A DNA stretch of 64,000 nt, from assembly GCF_000009045.1 (NCBI RefSeq), contig NC_000964.3, positions 3,968,001 to 4,032,000 of the forward strand. The letters run 5' to 3'. Under the pieces are notes generated by a model. The model was not told where the DNA came from. It was given only the letters and a program-made list of their open reading frames with translations, and did not search any database. A program made the translations under genes and the position numbers. How positions within the stretch are numbered: the first letter of the stretch is position 1; the number at the start of each line of letters is the position of its first letter. Below are positions 58,501 to 64,000 of the stretch, piece after piece. The DNA is from Bacillus subtilis subsp. subtilis str. 168. Lineage in GTDB: Bacteria > Bacillota > Bacilli > Bacillales > Bacillaceae.

Positions 58501-61500
58501 TTGCTGACGAATACCCATGATCTGTTCCGGCAGACGTTGATTGGCTCAAGACCTCCAATGCCTTTGATCCGGAAAGAACTCCGCTTTTATCGGCGATGAC
58601 TGAAATTTTGCCGCTGTCTTTAGAGGCAGTCAGATTCCAGCCGGATTTTTGAGCTTCAAAGCTTCCATCTTTCAAAATATTAGTTGAAGCTGATAAATCT
58701 TTGCTCGATTGAATCTGGTTTCCATATTTATCATAAACAGCTGCTGACGATGATTTTCCGCTCTGATCGGTTTCGGATACAGCATCCAGTCCGTCATAAG
58801 CAATATCCGTGACATTGCCCTCGGTATCCTTCATCTTTGTGACATCGTTGTTTTTGTTGTATTCGTATGTCTCAGTTCCATATGCATCTTTAACCGACGT
58901 AACGTTGCCATCTTTGTCATATTGATAGCTTTCCGTTGCTTTTCCGGTGCCGACGTCATTTGGATCTACATCTTCTACAACATTGTTGCCTTCATACTTT
59001 GTATTCGTTGTAATTTTTAACCCTTCCGCATCATCAATGACCTGAATCGGATTTCCCGCTTCATTATAGCCATACTGTACTTTCCGGCCATTTGGCTGTG
59101 TCATGAGAAGCGTCTTTTTATCAGCATCATAGCTGTAGACATATGTTTCTTTTTTAGCGTTGATCGCTTTTTCGAGACGGTGACCGCTATACTGATATTC
59201 GGTAAAGACAGGCTTTGCTTCGGTACTGTTAGCTGAATATTGTTTGACAAGGCGCCCTTCACTATCGTAGTCATAGCTTGTGACAGTCCCGTCTGTATCT
59301 GTAACCTTCTTCAGCAAATCATTCTCATATGAGTAGGTGACTTTCTTATTCTTAGGTCCTGTGATGGACGTCACATGGCCGTTTTCATCATAGGTAAATG
59401 TAAGCTTGCGGCCTGATGCATCTGTAATGGCGGTCAGTTGATTTTTGTCATTGTAAGTATAGACAGTTGCATTGTTATGGCCATCCACTACCTTTTGGAG
59501 TTTGCCGCCTTTTTTATTGAAATAAGCGTTGGTTTGATCCTTTGTTTTTAATATGAACTGATCAGCTGTTTCTGTTAATTCAAGATATACACCGGTCGGC
59601 GGCTGATACGTGCCATCGGCTTTTTTCGTGAATCGATGTGTCGTAGCGTCTTCATCGATATACATTGCCCCGCCATCCGTTGAGATGACAGATGTTTCTG
59701 CATCAGCATACCAGCCTTGTCCAAATAAGTGATCAGAGCTGTCAAGACTGTTGTAGGTTCTCGATAAGCCAAGTCCCGGACCGCGTCCATCAATTGACAA
59801 ATCTTCTTCATTCACAATGACATTGCCTGTCGCACCATTTAACTGGCCGCTTGGGATATCAATGATAGACCAGTACTCTTCTGTACCTAGGAATTCTGCG
59901 CCTTCATGGAACGTTGGGTTAAAGGGCGCCGTTGGAATCGTTTCACCATTCGCATCATAGGCGACAAGCGTGAAAGAATAATTCTTCTTCCCTTTGTAAT
60001 TCCCATTTGCATTGTTATAGACAGGTGATGGATCGAGGGCTAATTCCCCGCCTTTTCCATCTGTATGAAGCTTATAGCTTCCGGCTTTGATTTCCTCAGA
60101 AGTCGGCCAGATGTTTTTATTTTGGGTTGTCCAATGATCAGCATCACCAACATCAAAGGACTGATATTCTTTACCGTTGTAAATGTTAACTTTATAGCCC
60201 TTCGCATTTTGAACCTTTTCCCATATCAAATTCACATAACCCGTTTGACTCGATTTTGTATTTGTATACAAATAGCCAGTTACATTCTTTGGCCTAGCGA
60301 TATCAGGAAGTGCCGGGGTAGCAGCCGGGGATGCAATGGCTTCGCCGTCTTTGTTGTATGCGATAATTTTAAACGAGTAATTTCTTTTGGCTCCATCTCC
60401 CCCGGCGTTTTTATAGGTTGGTCCGGGATTGATCGGCAGCTCTGCTCCGCTTCCGTCCTTTAGGTGAAGAGCATATTTTCCCGCCTTGATTTCTGCACTT
60501 GTCGGCCAGATCTTTTTCCCTTTTGTGGTCCAAGACGTCTGATTTCCGAGATCAAGTGTCTCAAAGCCTTTCCCATTGAACACCTGAACCTTATAGCCGG
60601 TTGCACCGGATACAGCTTTCCAAGAAAGGTCGAAGTATCCTGTGGCATTCCCATTATTGTAGCCCTTTGCTGACGGTGCTTGTGCTTTTCCTACATTAGG
60701 GATAACGGGCTTTGCCGGTGCGGACATCGCTCCTTCACCTTGGTCAAATATCGCACTGACGCCAATCCAATAGTTTTTGCTTGTAGCATAGCTTCCGCCG
60801 GAATTCTTATAGACCGGGGATGGATCTAATGCCAATTCAGCTCCATCCTTGCCGTCCAGATGCAGTTTATATCTCTTGGAGGCAATTTCTGCGCTCGTAG
60901 GCCAGATTTTTTTACCTTTTGTGCTCCACGACGTGACGTTGCCTGCAGAAATCGCTTGATATTCCTTACCATTGTAAATCCATACCTTATATCCTTTTGC
61001 GCCTTCAACCTTTTTCCAGCTGATATCGAAATAACCAGTGGAATCGCCGTTGTGATAGGCTTTGATTGTAGGTGTGTTTCCCTTTGGAATGGTATACGTC
61101 ACTTCAATATATGGTTTATTGGCGGAGTTCGCTGAAGAAATTAGTTTTTTCCAATATTCCTTGCCGTTTCCGTTTGTATGAAGCTTAAATCCATAGTTGG
61201 CCCCGCCGGAGTTCCATGACTTTACAGCAGCGGTCACATCATAACTCGCCCACTGTCCTTTATGGACGTCGGCTTTTCCGATATTTTTAGATGCCGGTTT
61301 GGTGTTCCATGTCACTTTTGCATTATCATAATTGCTGTTGACCGTATCCAGCCAAAGGCCGGTTGCCTTTGTTCCATAATAGGAATGGGCTACGTATGTT
61401 TTTAATGTAGCTTTAGTGACAGTCATATTTTGAATTGGCTTTAGGTTGTTAAATTTCATGAACGCATAGTTTGTGCCTGTTGTTTTGTCATAATAGCCCG

Positions 61501-62548
61501 TTTTCAGTACATAGGCCTTTAAATTAGCATCCCATTTTTGTGAGGAGGCCGAATAGTTCGTCGTCGGGTAGGCACTCATGACAAACGTATCCGATGAAAC
61601 AGATAAAGAAGTTGACGGGTCGATAGATACTGGATATACGCGTTCTGGGTCTTTCAGCCAGTTCTCGTCTGCCGTAAGATGAAGCAAATACCCTTCTTCA
61701 TTCTTTTCCAGCTTATAGCTGACTTTGTCTGACCGTTCAACCTCGCCGGAAAGCTCATCTAGTTTTGAATCCGTCATAAAAGGCTTAGGCACAGAAAAAA
61801 CAACTTTTCCTTTTTCATCAGAAAAATCAATGGATCCATCCTCTTGTTCTTTAGCCTGCAAATCGGTTTTTAACTGAAATGTAAATGTGTTGTATCCATT
61901 ATACTGATGAAGGACTAAATCTTCTTTTATGTTTTCATTGAATGTGAAAGTCTGAAGATCAATATTCGGAAACACATCCGGATACACAATCTCATTACTG
62001 TCAGTCTTATAATCTGCTGAGGTATCTTTCGGAGTAAGTGAAGTTTTATTCGGGCCTTTCGCTTCTGCTAGTGAATATGTAACCTTATGGTCATTATGCT
62101 CAAAAGTCGCATAAAGCCCGTTCTTCATTTGCTTTTGAAAATCTGAATTCAAAATAGCGTTCTCTGTCTCGACTTGTTTGCTTGTCGACTCTTTTAACTC
62201 AGGAGAAATGTCTTCCCAGTCGGCATCCGGTGTTTCCTTTGTATGAATAGGATCAAGGTATACTTCCTGTTTATAGACACCGTCACCTTCATAATAGAGT
62301 TTTGTATTTTCTGTTCTTTCAGAGGTGATCTCACCCTCTTTGTTTATATCTTTTGGATCAAAAGGTACAGCTTCCTCAGTTTGTTCTTTCTGAAGAGTTT
62401 CTTCTGGATCATCGGCAGCAATACGGTTTCCATTCTCTTCTTCTGTAGATTTTGCTAGTACATCGGCTGGCACTAATGAAATCATTAAAGCCAACACTAA
62501 AAATGCTGCAATGAACCTTTTAAAGTTTCGCCTCTTTCTTTTTTTCAT
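55544..62548 (-). CDS. wapA: Wall-associated Rhs/YD-repeat contact-dependent toxin, C-terminal tRNase
   Basis: 2334 aa from ATG 62548 (AAAAGGAG); signal peptide, 3 wall-binding repeats, YD repeats, Rhs core RYRYAGYQYD..TGLYY..ARYY, NP..N.DPDG junction at 55991-56002, basic C-terminus. Confidence 0.97.
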   Translation of the reverse strand: MKKRKRRNFKRFIAAFLVLALMISLVPADVLAKSTEEENGNRIAADDPEETLQKEQTEEAVPFDPKDINKEGEITSERTENTKLYYEGDGVYKQEVYLDPIHTKETPDADWEDISPELKESTSKQVETENAILNSDFQKQMKNGLYATFEHNDHKVTYSLAEAKGPNKTSLTPKDTSADYKTDSNEIVYPDVFPNIDLQTFTFNENIKEDLVLHQYNGYNTFTFQLKTDLQAKEQEDGSIDFSDEKGKVVFSVPKPFMTDSKLDELSGEVERSDKVSYKLEKNEEGYLLHLTADENWLKDPERVYPVSIDPSTSLSVSSDTFVMSAYPTTNYSASSQKWDANLKAYVLKTGYYDKTTGTNYAFMKFNNLKPIQNMTVTKATLKTYVAHSYYGTKATGLWLDTVNSNYDNAKVTWNTKPASKNIGKADVHKGQWASYDVTAAVKSWNSGGANYGFKLHTNGNGKEYWKKLISSANSANKPYIEVTYTIPKGNTPTIKAYHNGDSTGYFDISWKKVEGAKGYKVWIYNGKEYQAISAGNVTSWSTKGKKIWPTSAEIASKRYKLHLDGKDGAELALDPSPVYKNSGGSYATSKNYWIGVSAIFDQGEGAMSAPAKPVIPNVGKAQAPSAKGYNNGNATGYFDLSWKAVSGATGYKVQVFNGKGFETLDLGNQTSWTTKGKKIWPTSAEIKAGKYALHLKDGSGAELPINPGPTYKNAGGDGAKRNYSFKIIAYNKDGEAIASPAATPALPDIARPKNVTGYLYTNTKSSQTGYVNLIWEKVQNAKGYKVNIYNGKEYQSFDVGDADHWTTQNKNIWPTSEEIKAGSYKLHTDGKGGELALDPSPVYNNANGNYKGKKNYSFTLVAYDANGETIPTAPFNPTFHEGAEFLGTEEYWSIIDIPSGQLNGATGNVIVNEEDLSIDGRGPGLGLSRTYNSLDSSDHLFGQGWYADAETSVISTDGGAMYIDEDATTHRFTKKADGTYQPPTGVYLELTETADQFILKTKDQTNAYFNKKGGKLQKVVDGHNNATVYTYNDKNQLTAITDASGRKLTFTYDENGHVTSITGPKNKKVTYSYENDLLKKVTDTDGTVTSYDYDSEGRLVKQYSANSTEAKPVFTEYQYSGHRLEKAINAKKETYVYSYDADKKTLLMTQPNGRKVQYGYNEAGNPIQVIDDAEGLKITTNTKYEGNNVVEDVDPNDVGTGKATESYQYDKDGNVTSVKDAYGTETYEYNKNNDVTKMKDTEGNVTDIAYDGLDAVSETDQSGKSSSAAVYDKYGNQIQSSKDLSASTNILKDGSFEAQKSGWNLTASKDSGKISVIADKSGVLSGSKALEVLSQSTSAGTDHGYSSATQTVELEPNTTYTLSGKIKTDLAKSRAYFNIDLRDKDQKRIQWIHNEYSALAGKNDWTKRQITFTTPANAGKAVVYMEVDHKDKDGKGKAWFDEVQLEKGEVSSSYNPVQNSSFTSATENWNVSGASVDSEEGFNDDVSLKAARTSASQAGSVTKQTVVLGQSANDKPVYLTLTGMSKASSVKFTDEKDYSLQANVTYADGSTGIYNAKFPSGTQEWNRAAVVIPKTKPINKVDISILFQKSATGTVWFDDIRLIEGSLLTKSTYDSNGNYVTKEEDELGYATSTDYDETGKKTSETDAKGEKTTYTYDQADQLTNMTLSNGTSILHSYDKEGNEVSKTIRAGADQTYKFEYDVMGKLVKTTDPLGNVLASEYDANSNLTKTISPNGNEVSLSYDGTDRVKSKSYNGTEKYIFTYDKNGNETSVVNKEQNTTKKRTFDNKNRLTELTDRGGSQTWTYPSDSDKLKTFSWIHGDQKGTNQFTYNKLDQMIEMKDSTSSYSFDYDENGNVQTFITGNGGGTSFSYDERNLVSSLHIGDKNGGDILTESYEYDANGNRTTINSSASGKVQYEYGKLNQLVKETHEDGTVIEYTYDGFGNRKTVTTIKDGSSKTVNASFNIMNQLTKVNDESISYDKNGNRTSDGKFTYTWDAEDNLTAVTKKGEDKPFATYKYDEKGNRIQKTVNGKVTNYFYDGDSLNVLYETDADNNVTKSYTYGDSGQLLSYTENGKKYFYHYNAHGDIIAISDSTGKTVAKYQYDAWGNPTKTEASDEVKDNRYRYAGYQYDEETGLYYLMARYYEPRNGVFLSLDPDPGSDGDSLDQNGYAYGNNNPVMNVDPDGHWVWLVVNAGFAAYDGYKAYKSGKGWKGAAWAAASNFGPGKIFKGASRAYKFTKKAVKITGHTRHGLNQSIGRNGGRGVNLRAKLNAVRSPKKVIKQPNGATKYVGKKATVVLNKRGKVITAYGSSRAKGSKHVFHTHGKGNKSKRRR
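59940..61065 (-). repeat. Three tandem ~130-aa wall-binding repeats in WapA
   Basis: Repeated GYF/V.L.W.KV..A.GYKV..YNGK.........WTT..K.IWPTS.EI....Y.LH. Confidence 0.9.
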
Positions 62549-62589
62549 TTCCTCTCTCCTTTTGTAATAAAAGTAATATTTACTCAATA

Positions 62590-62618
62590 ATCTTAACTAG
62601 ACTGAAATATCATTACAA
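62590..62618 (-). promoter_or_regulatory. SigA-type promoter of wapA
   Basis: TTGTAA-N17-TAAGAT. Confidence 0.6.
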
Positions 62619-62677
62619 TATTTTTCTAGAAAATTTATCTTATTTTAAGGATTAGCGAGAGTCAATTGACCTAAAAC

Positions 62678-62702
62678 AAAAAAAGGCCGCATAGGCCTTT
62701 TT
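62678..62702 (-). terminator. yxxF terminator
   Basis: AAAAAAAGGCC-gcata-GGCCTTTTT. Confidence 0.75.
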
Positions 62703-62709
62703 ACATTTT

Positions 62710-63645
62710 TTATTGTATTTGTTCAATATCCGTACCCTCAGCTGTCACATTCGCCTTCCCCTGCCTCCTGACAAGCGTCAAGGCCATGCCCGCAAAGATC
62801 ATTACGATGCCAAGCGTTTGATAGAGGTCAGGGCGGAAGCCTGTGAAGACGGTATCGAGCACGATCGCGACAGCGGGGTCGAGAAATACAATGATTGAAA
62901 TAAATTTCGTTGATAAAAATCGTAAACTGTCAAAAAACAGCAAATATACAATACCCGTATGGATGATGCCGGTAGATACCACCATAATCCAGTTTCCCTG
63001 AGATAGGTCCGCAAAAGCGCCAAAGTGAATAAACGGAATCAGGATGATAACCCCTAAACCTGTCTGCAAGAAGGTGGTCGTGTAAGGACTGAGATTGTGA
63101 ATGCCTTTTCCCAATAAAGTGGTGAACGCATAAAACAGTGCGGCGAGAACTGCCCATATGATCCCTGATCCCATCAGCTGTGTCAATGATGTGCTGCCGT
63201 TAATCCCGGAAATCAGCGCAGTCCCAAGAAAGCAGATGATAATGGAGCTGACGGAGATCACATTTAATTTCTCTCTGTAGAAGAAGCTCCCCAGAAGAAG
63301 AACAAGCACCGGCGCTAGATGATAAACAGAGATGGCAATTGTAACGGACGTTTCTTCAAAAGACTTAAATAAGAACACCCAGTTGAATACAAGAAAGAAA
63401 CCGCACGCCAATGTTTGCAGCACGTCTCTCTTGCTCCATTTTTCAGTTTTATACTGGCCGGACGCCAGCCAGCAAAAGCCTAAAAACAGCGTCGCGCAAA
63501 GGCAGCGGACAAAGACCAATTCAAATGACGGCAGATTGGTATGCTCTGAGAAAAAGCCGATGGAGCCGAAAATCACCATAGAGATGACCATTTTGATTAC
63601 GGCTGTTGATTTTTGTTTTGACGATATGGAAGGATCCTGTTGCAT
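62710..63645 (-). CDS. yxxF: DMT/EamA family transporter
   Basis: About 10 TM in two repeats; FGSIG, YHLAPV, FLDPAVA; ATG 63645. Confidence 0.87.
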   Translation of the reverse strand: MQQDPSISSKQKSTAVIKMVISMVIFGSIGFFSEHTNLPSFELVFVRCLCATLFLGFCWLASGQYKTEKWSKRDVLQTLACGFFLVFNWVFLFKSFEETSVTIAISVYHLAPVLVLLLGSFFYREKLNVISVSSIIICFLGTALISGINGSTSLTQLMGSGIIWAVLAALFYAFTTLLGKGIHNLSPYTTTFLQTGLGVIILIPFIHFGAFADLSQGNWIMVVSTGIIHTGIVYLLFFDSLRFLSTKFISIIVFLDPAVAIVLDTVFTGFRPDLYQTLGIVMIFAGMALTLVRRQGKANVTAEGTDIEQIQ

Positions 63646-63761
63646 CAAACGTATTCTACCTCCAATACTGCATAGCATAAACTGTTTTTTGTGAATTCAG
63701 AAATCTACACATAGAATTCCTCTTTTTTACATGTAGATATTATAACACTTCTATTCTAAAT

Positions 63762-63790
63762 AAAAAAAAGCGCCCAAGGGCGCTTTTTTT
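63762..63790. terminator. yxiE terminator
   Basis: AAAAAAAAGCGCCC-aa-GGGCGCTTTTTTT. Confidence 0.8.
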
Positions 63791-63796
63791 ACAAAT

Positions 63797-64000
63797 CTAT
63801 CGAACAATCAAAACCGGGCATGTTGATAATTGAGACACTTTATGGCTGACGCTTCCAAGCATCATTTCTTTCAGGCCGCTGATCCCCCGGCTGCCAACTA
63901 CAATCAGGCTGACGCCTTTCTCTTTTGCGTGATTTAGTATCTCATGCGCCGGCTCGCCATTCGCGTAAATGGTTTCAGCTTGAACGCCTTTTTCGGCTGC
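63797..64000 (-). CDS. yxiE: Universal stress protein (C-terminal 67 aa only)
   Basis: GEPAHEIL...LIVVGSRG...MLGSVSHKV....CPVLIVR*. Confidence 0.88.
   Translation of the reverse strand, partial: AAEKGVQAETIYANGEPAHEILNHAKEKGVSLIVVGSRGISGLKEMMLGSVSHKVSQLSTCPVLIVR

Noticed and set aside
56000-59900. YD/Rhs periodicity as a possible DNA repeat array or CRISPR
   Set aside because: Repeats are degenerate at DNA level and protein-coded within wapA; no identical repeat-spacer units and no cas genes.
1-64000. Mobile elements, prophage, tRNA/rRNA genes
   Set aside because: No transposase, integrase or phage structural ORFs, no terminal inverted repeats with target duplications, and no tRNA or rRNA signatures seen; gene order agrees with my recollection of the native B. 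subtilis 168 region.

Overview
Bacillus subtilis (168-like) chromosomal segment running from yxlG (partial) to yxiE (partial). I recognised the organism and gene names from protein sequences and gene order by recall; no database search was run. Contents, left to right: the sigY ECF operon, yxlA, nnrD/yxkO, cydABCD (three Rex boxes), cimH-yxkI-yxzE, yxkH, yxkF-msmX, aldY, yxkD behind a variant ykkC-family riboswitch, yxkC, galE, yxkA/yxjO, yxjNML, pepT, yxjJ/I, two tandem SAM-riboswitch + MetE-like genes (yxjH/G), the 3-hydroxybutyrate operon yxjC-scoAB-yxjF, tlrB/yxjB with an RYR leader peptide, guanine riboswitch-nupG, a frameshifted yxiT, katE-yxiS, citH, licT-RAT-bglS, yxiP/O, dbpA, yxiM, and the AT-rich wapA-wapI Rhs toxin locus followed by a partly decayed array of immunity-like genes. 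I saw no rRNA, tRNA, CRISPR array, transposase or integrase. The best leads are: (1) a self-contained, sub-60-aa cationic amphipathic peptide gene (ECF-type promoter, GAGGAGG RBS, own terminator) at 28353-28610; (2) the yxkD ykkC-variant riboswitch whose ligand I believe is unresolved; (3) the orphan immunity array behind wapI, in which two annotated gene pairs are single ORFs broken by one in-frame stop each.
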